A stretch of 64,000 nt of DNA from Acidobacteriota bacterium (GTDB lineage Bacteria > Acidobacteriota > UBA890 > WLXD01). The stretch is from NCBI GenBank assembly GCA_965248695.1, contig CBDFKD010000002.1, forward strand, positions 1,280,001-1,344,000, read 5' to 3'. Positions 56,646 to 64,000 of this stretch are shown here, in pieces. Position 1 is the first letter of the stretch. Each line of letters begins with the position of its first letter. The notes under the pieces are model-generated. The model was given only the letters and a program-made list of their open reading frames with translations. It ran no database searches and was not told the origin of the DNA. The position numbers were made by a program, and so were the translations under genes.

Positions 56646-58930
56646 GCGGCGCTCCGATGCTCGTCGAGCGCGAAGCTCGGCACGCGCGGCTTGAGCTTCT
56701 CGTCGATGCGCCGCAAGGCCGACTCCAGCATCTCGCCCTCGACGTGGATGCCGGGATACGCGTCCATCACCATGCGCGGGTCATACTCGTAGTCAGATTC
56801 GCCGTTGACAGCTGCCGCCATGATGCCCATCCCACCGGCTGCCGGCATCGGGTCGATCCAGCCGCCTTCTTCGTAATTGCGGGCGAGCTCGTGAAAGATC
56901 GACCGTTGCCAGTGAGCGAGCATCGGGGTGGCTTTCCAGGTGTCGTCGATCACCCCTGCCTGACGGTACGCCTGCAGATAGAAATCGGCGCGCGCCTGGT
57001 CGCTGAACACGGCACAGCAATCCCGGTCGGGCAGCGTCATCACCGCAGCGGCGCCGTCGGCCAAGCGCTGCACACAAACGAAGTAACGCGGCCAATCGGC
57101 AACGATACGCCCGGTCAGCGTCGGGTTGAGCGACTCGTGCTGACGCGCCGCCTCGCGCAAGATTTCGGTACCGGACGGGCGGCGCTCCGACTGTTGCACC
57201 CAGGCGCTCAGCACCACCAGATCGGTGTGATCCAGGGTCAGCGGCCGCTCGCCGCCGGGATCCAGCACCACACCGTCGAGCTCGGCGCAGTCGCGCAGCC
57301 AGCCGGCGAACGGCGGCTCGTCGGTTCGCGGCGCGGCGGTGAGCGTGCCGCATTCGGCGTTGTCGAACGCGAAGTAGCTGTCGGCGCTGCTGAATACCGG
57401 CAAGTAGAGGCCGCCCGAGTGGGCCACCTTGGGCGGCGTCCTGCCATTGCCTTTGACCATCACCAGCCGGTTCCAGCCGCGCAGCAACGCCCGCGTCACC
57501 TGCGGTTGCGAGCCGCGCGCTCCGACCCCCCGACCGAGCTTCGCAAGGGCGACGGCCTCGACGTCGTCGAGATTGTCGATGTCGTGGAAGTGCGGGTAGA
57601 CGGCGCTCAACACCCAGAACGTCGGTACCGTGACCCAGCCGGTGGTGCCCGGGTACAGGTTGATCGCCACTTCGTCGATTCCTTTCGGGGCGGCCCATGC
57701 CCAGCGCAACACCTCGACACCGGCGAGATGGAAGTACTCGTCGCCGGCGGCGCCGTCGTCGGTGAGCTGCTTGGCGATCTTCTCGGCGTAGAAGCTGTGC
57801 GTGATGACCTTCTTGTCATCTTCCGGGTGCGAGAAGACGCTCGGCCATCGCAAGCCGTCGACACGCTCGTGATGAACTGGAACGTATAGATCGATGCCGT
57901 AGGCAAGATGGTCGGTGTAGTCCCACAACGGGACCGCCTTCGCCTGGAGCTTCTCCTGCATGTCGCGGAACAGCCGGTGGGTTTCCTCGCCCGGGCGACT
58001 CGGCGGGCGGATCGGCGGCAGGGACGGAAAGCGGGTCGCGTACGCGGCGGCGCCCGTAGCCTCGGGCTCCGGACCGGCGGTTGTCATCGTACCGGTGGCA
58101 GCATGCGGGTCGCCCGGTGTCGGAACCGCGGCGCTCGGCTGTGCCGTATCGGCCACCTCGCCGCCGAGCATTTGCACCATACGCAGCATGTCCTGGCGCA
58201 CGTAGGCGCGCTCGAACGGTAGTCCCTGGTCGACGAGCAGCGCCGTCACGCCGGCGTCGAGCAGTGATCCCAAGATCTCGGGCGTGGGTACTGCCGGCGT
58301 CGTTGGCTCCGGCAAAGTGGAGTGCTCCTCGACCCACTCGGCGAAGCGCGCGTCGCTATAGACGGTTGCCAGCTGATTCTGGCCGTCGGCATCGCGGGTG
58401 ATGAGAGCCTCTCCGCGGCTGCAGAGCAGGAACAGCTCCGGCAGCTGCGCGAAGCTCTCCATGTTCAGCAGGGCATAGACGCGCGCGCACGAGTGCGTCG
58501 GCAACTCCAGCTCGTGATCCGTGCCCTGATCCAGGATGACACCAGCGTGCTGCTCGCCCATGACGTCCCATAGCCAACCGTCCATTCCCTTGGACATGAA
58601 GGGGGCATTGCCGTCGGGCTCGATGAGACCCTGGGTTACGGCCAGCTCGCGGGCATGATCGTCGTCGAAGAACAGGCTGAGCAGAAAGCCGCCGTCCGGC
58701 TGGTCACGGCCGTACATGCGCGGCGGCGCGGCGTCGTTCACCAGGACATTGCCGAAGCCCTTCTCGTCGGTCGCGGCGCTCATGTCCTGCATGTACCGCG
58801 CCATCTGGCCGGGAGGCACGAAGGCGCACACGTGGTCGACGTCCGCCAGCGCGTCGGCAAGGTCGTACAGGTCGGCGTCGCCGCGCCCATACGCCGCCAG
58901 GACTGCCTCGATACCGGAATGCTGCGACAT
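56642..58930 (-). CDS. Hypothetical protein with ~5 tandem SseB-like domains
   Basis: Repeating (L/A)xxF(S/T)(S/D)...G(V/I)(V/I)(L/I)(D/N)(P/Q)G pattern; GTGA overlap with the AAA gene. Confidence 0.65.
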   Translation of the reverse strand: MSQHSGIEAVLAAYGRGDADLYDLADALADVDHVCAFVPPGQMARYMQDMSAATDEKGFGNVLVNDAAPPRMYGRDQPDGGFLLSLFFDDDHARELAVTQGLIEPDGNAPFMSKGMDGWLWDVMGEQHAGVILDQGTDHELELPTHSCARVYALLNMESFAQLPELFLLCSRGEALITRDADGQNQLATVYSDARFAEWVEEHSTLPEPTTPAVPTPEILGSLLDAGVTALLVDQGLPFERAYVRQDMLRMVQMLGGEVADTAQPSAAVPTPGDPHAATGTMTTAGPEPEATGAAAYATRFPSLPPIRPPSRPGEETHRLFRDMQEKLQAKAVPLWDYTDHLAYGIDLYVPVHHERVDGLRWPSVFSHPEDDKKVITHSFYAEKIAKQLTDDGAAGDEYFHLAGVEVLRWAWAAPKGIDEVAINLYPGTTGWVTVPTFWVLSAVYPHFHDIDNLDDVEAVALAKLGRGVGARGSQPQVTRALLRGWNRLVMVKGNGRTPPKVAHSGGLYLPVFSSADSYFAFDNAECGTLTAAPRTDEPPFAGWLRDCAELDGVVLDPGGERPLTLDHTDLVVLSAWVQQSERRPSGTEILREAARQHESLNPTLTGRIVADWPRYFVCVQRLADGAAAVMTLPDRDCCAVFSDQARADFYLQAYRQAGVIDDTWKATPMLAHWQRSIFHELARNYEEGGWIDPMPAAGGMGIMAAAVNGESDYEYDPRMVMDAYPGIHVEGEMLESALRRIDEKLKPRVPSFALDEHRSAA

Positions 58931-59135
58931 TGGATCCCCTCCCCGACCTCGGGACCCGGGTGCGACGAAGGCGCCTGCCCGCGCCGAACCGGCTGTTATC
59001 GGCTATGAATGGCCGTTGATGAGCACCAACAGCTATTGATGATAATTAGTGGCCGGCGATGGCCCAAAGCCCAATCGTTTCGGTGGGCAAGATCCCGGCC
59101 GGTCACCTCGCCGCGCGTCCGCCGCGAAAGCAGAG

Positions 59136-59933
59136 CTACGGGGCGCCGCCGAACTGGATGCTGATGGCGCAGCCGCCGGTGTCAGCGTCGACCAGGGTAA
59201 CGGTGACGGAGCGCTCGGGATCGTCCATTGCCGCCTGCATCATCACCATCACGCTGGCGCCCGCCGCCGCCGCTGCCGAGGCAGACGACGCGACGATGCG
59301 AAATCCTGCCGCCGGCAGGGCCTCGGTGTAGAAGGCGTTTACCTGCGAGCAGGCATCGTCGGTGCTCATCTGGAACGCGCCGGCGATGCCGGCGGCCGTA
59401 GCGCCGCGGAAACCGCCGGGGGCGATGGTGCCGGCCGGGTACAGGTCGAGCCACTCGGGGAGATCCTCGCCACCCAGCGCCCCGATGCGCGAGATCGACC
59501 CGTCGACGCCGGTCGCGGTGATCCCGCCGCCGTTGGCGTCGGTATCGAACGACACCGCGCCTTTGTCAGTGGTGATCGAGAAACGGCCCTCGGTGATGGC
59601 CTCGAAATTCAGCGTCAGCTCGTCGCCCGTCTCCGTGTTGCGCACCGTCATCGTGCCGGCGTCGTCGTCGCTTTCGACCAGCTCGATGTCGGGGTTGGTC
59701 CGCACCGCCAGCTCGGCCATCGCCTTGGCAGGATTCGTCTCGAAGTCGCTGGCCAGCTCGCGCGCCGCCTGCGTGACGACCAGTCCACACGCCACGCAAG
59801 CCCCCATGGTGAGCGCGAAGAGAACGCCGACAACGATTAGCACCCAGGCCAGGGTGCTGAGCCCTTTCTTGGCAGCGGGTGTCGCGGCGGGAGTGGGGTC
59901 CGGGGGCGGGCTCGGGGGGGTCGACTCGGACAT
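59136..59933 (-). CDS. Hypothetical single-pass membrane protein
   Basis: Pro-rich N-terminus, KKGLSTLAWVLIVVGV TM and LPEWLDLYPAG. Confidence 0.7.
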   Translation of the reverse strand: MSESTPPSPPPDPTPAATPAAKKGLSTLAWVLIVVGVLFALTMGACVACGLVVTQAARELASDFETNPAKAMAELAVRTNPDIELVESDDDAGTMTVRNTETGDELTLNFEAITEGRFSITTDKGAVSFDTDANGGGITATGVDGSISRIGALGGEDLPEWLDLYPAGTIAPGGFRGATAAGIAGAFQMSTDDACSQVNAFYTEALPAAGFRIVASSASAAAAAGASVMVMMQAAMDDPERSVTVTLVDADTGGCAISIQFGGAP

Positions 59934-60146
59934 TCGCCGTCTCCTGGATCGTTTCGAGGTGGGTCTGGGCGCATCGGGGTTGCGAGCCATTCTATGCGCC
60001 AGGGCGTCGATATGACCACACTGGTTCGGCTGCGCGGCAGGCGATCGGAAGTGCGTTTGACAGCTCTGACGACGGCACGCAAGATGCCCGTAACCACGCC
60101 TTTCCCCCTTTCCACTCCCGCGCCGGGAGTCTGAGAGGCAATCCGC

Positions 60147-61166
60147 ATGAGCCTGGCAGATATCGCGCAACAAATCGTGGCGCCGCAGAAGGGGGTCCTC
60201 GCAGCCGACGAGAGCTCGCCCACCATCAAGAAGCGCTTCGACTCCATCGGCGTCGAATCGACCGAGGAGGCGCGGCGGTCCTACCGTCAGCTGTTGTTCA
60301 CCGCCACCGCCGCCGCCCCCTACATCGGCGGCGTCATTCTGTTCGACGAAACGCTGCGGCAGAGCTCGGGTGACGGCGTACCGTTCTCCAAGGTGCTCAG
60401 CGACCAGAGCATCGTGCCGGGCATCAAGGTCGACAAGGGCGCCAAGGATCTAGTCGGCTGCCCCGGCGAGAAGGTCACCGAGGGGCTCGACGGCCTGCGC
60501 GAGCGTCTCGCCGAGTACTACGAGCTCGGAGCCCGTTTCACCAAGTGGCGTGCCGTTATCACCATAGGCAACAACATACCGAGCCGCACCTGCATCGAGG
60601 CCAATGCGCACGGGCTGGCGCGCTTCGCGGCGCTGACTCAGGAAGCCAACATGGTGCCGATCGTCGAGCCGGAGGTGTTGATGGCCGGCGACCACACCAT
60701 CGAGCGCTGCGCCGAGGCCACCGAGGCCACGCTTGCCGAGGTCTATCACCAGCTACACATCCAGCGCGTCGAGCTGGAGGGAACGCTGCTGAAGCCCAAC
60801 ATGGTGGTATCGGGCGATCAGTGCCCCGTGCAGGCCGACCGCGACGCCGTCGCCGAGGCGACCATTCGCATCCTGCGGCGCACCGTACCGGGAGCAGTTC
60901 CGGGCATCGTGTTCCTCTCCGGCGGGCTGTCGGAGATCGACGCCACCGACTTCCTCAACGCCATGAACCAGCGTGGGACCCACCCGTGGGAGCTCAGCTA
61001 CTCGTTCGGACGGGCTCTGCAGGCGTCGGCGCTCAAGGCGTGGGGCGGAGAGGCCGACAACGAAGAGGCGGCTCAGAACGCCTTCGCACACCGGGCGCGC
61101 TGCAATGGTCTGGCGCGTAGCGGCGATTACTCCGCCACCGTCGAGGGCAGCGAGGCCGCCGCGTAG
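60147..61166 (+). CDS. Class I fructose-bisphosphate aldolase (eukaryote-like)
   Basis: KGVLAADES, GIKVDKG, KWRAVI, VPIVEPEV, LLKPNMV and SYSFGRALQ. Confidence 0.96.
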   Translation: MSLADIAQQIVAPQKGVLAADESSPTIKKRFDSIGVESTEEARRSYRQLLFTATAAAPYIGGVILFDETLRQSSGDGVPFSKVLSDQSIVPGIKVDKGAKDLVGCPGEKVTEGLDGLRERLAEYYELGARFTKWRAVITIGNNIPSRTCIEANAHGLARFAALTQEANMVPIVEPEVLMAGDHTIERCAEATEATLAEVYHQLHIQRVELEGTLLKPNMVVSGDQCPVQADRDAVAEATIRILRRTVPGAVPGIVFLSGGLSEIDATDFLNAMNQRGTHPWELSYSFGRALQASALKAWGGEADNEEAAQNAFAHRARCNGLARSGDYSATVEGSEAAA

Positions 61167-61170
61167 GCGT

Positions 61171-61842
61171 TCAGACGGTGGTGCGCATCTCGTCGAGCGG
61201 CTTGCGTCCGATATCAGGAACGCGGCAATCGTCGGCCGGGTAGCCGACCACGAGGATCAAGAAGGCGCTCTCGTTGTCGGGTCGCCCGAGAATCTCGTTG
61301 AGGAACCCCATGGGGCTCGGTGTGTGCGTCAGCGACGCCAGCCCGGCCTCGTGAACCGCGGCGATCAGCATGCCGGTGGCCAAGCCGACCGATTCGACAG
61401 CGTAGTAGTGCTTCACCTTGCGTCCGTCGGGTAGCCGCCCCCAGCGCTGTACGAACACCACGATCAGCGCCGGCGCCTCTTCGAGGAAGGGCTTGTGCTC
61501 GTCGGTTCCCAGCGGAGCGAGCGCCTCCAGCCACTCCTGGGGAGCACGCTGGGTGTAGAACTCGCGCTCCTCTTCCTCGGCGGCGGCGCGCAGCTGTCCC
61601 TTGACCTCCGGATCCGTCACCACGACGAAGTGCCATGGCTGCATGTTGGCGCCGCTCGGTGCACTGCCGGCGGCCCGGATGCAGTCATCGATCACCTCCG
61701 GGGGCGGCGGACGTGAGTCGAACTCCCGCACCGTTCGGCGGCGCGAGAGGTTTTCGAAGAAGGCGCGCGCCCGGCGACGCATCTCTTCGGCCGGGTACTC
61801 TTCATACGCCGGCAACGGAACGAAGTCGGCCAGCTCAGTCAT
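61171..61842 (-). CDS. Nitroreductase family, iodotyrosine deiodinase-like
   Basis: [36 protein letters not shown] and LTHTPSPM. Confidence 0.85.
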   Translation of the reverse strand: MTELADFVPLPAYEEYPAEEMRRRARAFFENLSRRRTVREFDSRPPPPEVIDDCIRAAGSAPSGANMQPWHFVVVTDPEVKGQLRAAAEEEEREFYTQRAPQEWLEALAPLGTDEHKPFLEEAPALIVVFVQRWGRLPDGRKVKHYYAVESVGLATGMLIAAVHEAGLASLTHTPSPMGFLNEILGRPDNESAFLILVVGYPADDCRVPDIGRKPLDEMRTTV

Positions 61843-62005
61843 TTGTTCCTCGCTCAGTGCACAGTGCGCTGCGCCACTCGTAGGAGCTACCGGGGTGTCA
61901 CTGTGGCGATCTGCGTCGGATCTTCCGGGTTCGTTGTAGCCTACCTTCCTCGCCTAGCTAGACGCGGTTCCTCTTTCCCGTCACTGTCCCGACTGAATCG
62001 AGAGC

Positions 62006-62944
62006 TCAGGGCATGGCGCTGACGCGATGCTCTTGCGGACTGAGGCCTCGCACTCGTTTGAAGGCCGTGCTGAGGGCAAACGGACTGCTGTAGCCCACCT
62101 GGTCGGCCACCGAACCGACCGTTGCGTCCGGTTCGCACAGCAGATCGGCGGCCAAGGCCAAGCGCCATCCGGTAAGGAACGTCATCGGCGGCTCGCCAAC
62201 GACTTCGTGAAACCGTCGAGCCAGCGCCGCGCGCGAAACACCGGTCTCCGCTGCAAGGCCGGCCACCGTCCACGGATGGGCAGGATCGCTGTGCATGGCG
62301 CGAAGCACACGCCCGACGACGGGATCGCTCTGGGACCGATACCACGCGGGGGCGTCGGCCTCAGGTCGAGCGAAGCAAGTCCGCAGAACTTGGATAAGGA
62401 GCAGATCGATCAGCCGGTCGAGAACTGCCGCCTGGCCAGGTTCGTCCTTCACGACTTCGTCGCAGAGCAATGACACCAGTGGCGAGTCCCACTGATCGTG
62501 TGACAGGGACAAGATCGGTGGCAACGCCCGGAGCAGTCGATCGCTGATGTCTCCGACGGACCCGTAGGCACTGACGAGCATCACGGTGGAGCCGGCTGGG
62601 TCGTTGCCCCAGGTCCGCACGCCGAGAGACATCTCCTCCCGCATGGATTCGCCATCCAGCGACCGGCATTGCTGACCGGGGTGGATCACGATGTCGGGCG
62701 ACCGCGTCGGGTCATCGGCGACGTTGTAGTGGTTTGGGCCGCGAGTGACCGCTACGTCGCCGACATCGAGACGCACCGCTTCGTCGTCGTCGGGCACGAC
62801 CCACGCTCCGCCCTGAACTATGGCGAGCACCGTGAGCGGCGCTTCGGCGAGGACTCGTAGCGACCACGGTGGGCTCATCAGGGTGCGCAGCGCGAACGCG
62901 CCACGTGCCCGCGGACCATCGAGCAACCCCACGAAAGGATCCAT
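62006..62944 (-). CDS. AraC-family regulator with cupin domain
   Basis: PWTVAGLAAETGVSRAALARRF and VGYSSPFALSTAFKR. Start set at ATG 62944. Confidence 0.92.
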   Translation of the reverse strand: MDPFVGLLDGPRARGAFALRTLMSPPWSLRVLAEAPLTVLAIVQGGAWVVPDDDEAVRLDVGDVAVTRGPNHYNVADDPTRSPDIVIHPGQQCRSLDGESMREEMSLGVRTWGNDPAGSTVMLVSAYGSVGDISDRLLRALPPILSLSHDQWDSPLVSLLCDEVVKDEPGQAAVLDRLIDLLLIQVLRTCFARPEADAPAWYRSQSDPVVGRVLRAMHSDPAHPWTVAGLAAETGVSRAALARRFHEVVGEPPMTFLTGWRLALAADLLCEPDATVGSVADQVGYSSPFALSTAFKRVRGLSPQEHRVSAMP

Positions 62945-63062
62945 GCCCTTCAGCTTAGACGACCACACATGAAGTTGAGCATCTGAGCCATGGCTCGTTC
63001 GGTTGGCCGCCCGCACACTCTTGGTATGGATGGGATGGCTCGAACCGAATGGAGGTGCACAG

Positions 63063-63905
63063 ATGTACGAGACCACACCAACTACCCTCGTTGTTGGCGC
63101 CAGCGGCAAGACCGGACGACGGGTGACCGACCTGCTGACGGCCGCCGGACATCCGGTGCGGGCCGCATCCCGCTCCGGCGAAACCCGGTTCGACTGGAAT
63201 GACGACGATACCTGGGCTCCAGCCCTGGAAGGGGTGCATGCCGCGTACATCACCTACTATCCCGATCTCGCCTTCCCGGGCGCCGCGGACGTCGTCGGTG
63301 ACTTCGCCGACTTGGCCGTCGCCCATGGAGTTCGCAGGCTTGTGCTGCTTTCCGGACGCGGAGAAGACGGCGCCCGCCAGGCAGAGCTGCGAGTCGAGAA
63401 CTCGGGCGCCGACTGGACGCTCGTACGTTGTGCGTTCTTCAACCAGAACTTTAGCGAGACCTTCGTCGACGCGGTTCGCCACGGCGTACTCACCATGCCT
63501 GGCGGAGATACGGCTGAGCCGTTCTTGGATGCCGACGATATCGCCGACGTCGTCTTCGCCGCCCTGACCGACGACCGCCACATCGGGCAGCTTTACGAGC
63601 TGACGGGTCCCCGCCTCCTTACGCTCGCTGATGCGGTGGACGAAATCGGCGCAGCGAGAGGGCGCGAAGTCAGATACGTACCGGTGACCCCGGGCGAATA
63701 CGCCGCGGAGCTCGTGCGACACGGGTTGCCCCGAGAGGAGGCCAGTCCCCTCTCAGAGCTGATCGCCGAGGTGCTCGATGGTCGGAACGCGCATCTTGCC
63801 GACGGTGTGTACCGGGCTCTCGGGCGTCCTCCTCGTGACTTCGCTGACTATGCCCGCGACACAGCGGCGACCGGCGTCTGGAACCTCCGGGGAGAGGTCT
63901 CATGA
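63063..63905 (+). CDS. NmrA-like NAD(P)H-binding protein
   Basis: VVGASGKTGRRV, FNQNF, DADDIADV and YELTGP; RBS GGAGG. Confidence 0.9.
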   Translation: MYETTPTTLVVGASGKTGRRVTDLLTAAGHPVRAASRSGETRFDWNDDDTWAPALEGVHAAYITYYPDLAFPGAADVVGDFADLAVAHGVRRLVLLSGRGEDGARQAELRVENSGADWTLVRCAFFNQNFSETFVDAVRHGVLTMPGGDTAEPFLDADDIADVVFAALTDDRHIGQLYELTGPRLLTLADAVDEIGAARGREVRYVPVTPGEYAAELVRHGLPREEASPLSELIAEVLDGRNAHLADGVYRALGRPPRDFADYARDTAATGVWNLRGEVS

Positions 63906-64000
63906 GCTCCTTCGCTCAAACGATGACGATCATTTGCACTATCGGTGCGGCAACTGCGGCCGGAGCGTTCTTCACCTTCTCCACGTTCACCATCCAGGGG
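63902..64000 (+). CDS. DUF1772/anthrone oxygenase-like membrane protein (3' partial)
   Basis: ATGA overlap; MSSFAQ...AAGAFFTFSTFTIQG runs off the end of the window. Confidence 0.6.
   Translation, partial: MSSFAQTMTIICTIGAATAAGAFFTFSTFTIQG

Noticed and set aside
54381-57889. Long plus-strand ORFs (478 and 410 aa), and similar antisense ORFs elsewhere such as 29574..31070
   Set aside because: They are shadows of well-supported opposite-strand genes in high-GC DNA and have no recognisable motifs.

Overview
High-GC bacterial chromosomal window with no rRNA, tRNA, CRISPR array, integrase or transposase that I could recognise. Two PadR + duplicated ABC-permease (ADOP-type) pairs, PEGA/TPR proteins and a TonB receptor suggest an Acidobacteriota/Gemmatimonadota-like diderm; this is inference only. 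From left to right it contains: a sugar-dehydrogenase-like beta-propeller; a coupled Ser/Thr kinase-PEGA / TPR-NHL / TPR-PEGA-PDZ operon; padR-ADOP; rpiB; about nine intact or decayed toxin-antitoxin loci around hemH (11.7-20.4 kb), with palindromic operators and shuffled near-identical antitoxin fragments; a collagen-like protein; a YcaQ-like protein; HtrA; thiOSGE; HEAT-cyclophilin; a serine hydrolase; a second ADOP-padR; vapBC; OmpA; a TolB-like/M28/M20 cluster divergent from a TonB receptor; GMC + Gfo/Idh/MocA + an internally duplicated membrane protein; TetR + a redoxin-heme-Cu-monooxygenase fusion; glk; a two-gene operon of a ~5x SseB-like repeat protein and a TPR-fused CDC48-like double-AAA ATPase (my best candidate for an undescribed system); class I aldolase; an IYD-like nitroreductase; and AraC/NmrA/DUF1772. 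A CTAG-bounded MITE family (one 279-bp copy plus four deleted copies or ends) sits mostly at TAG stop codons. All family calls come from motif recognition by eye, not database searches.
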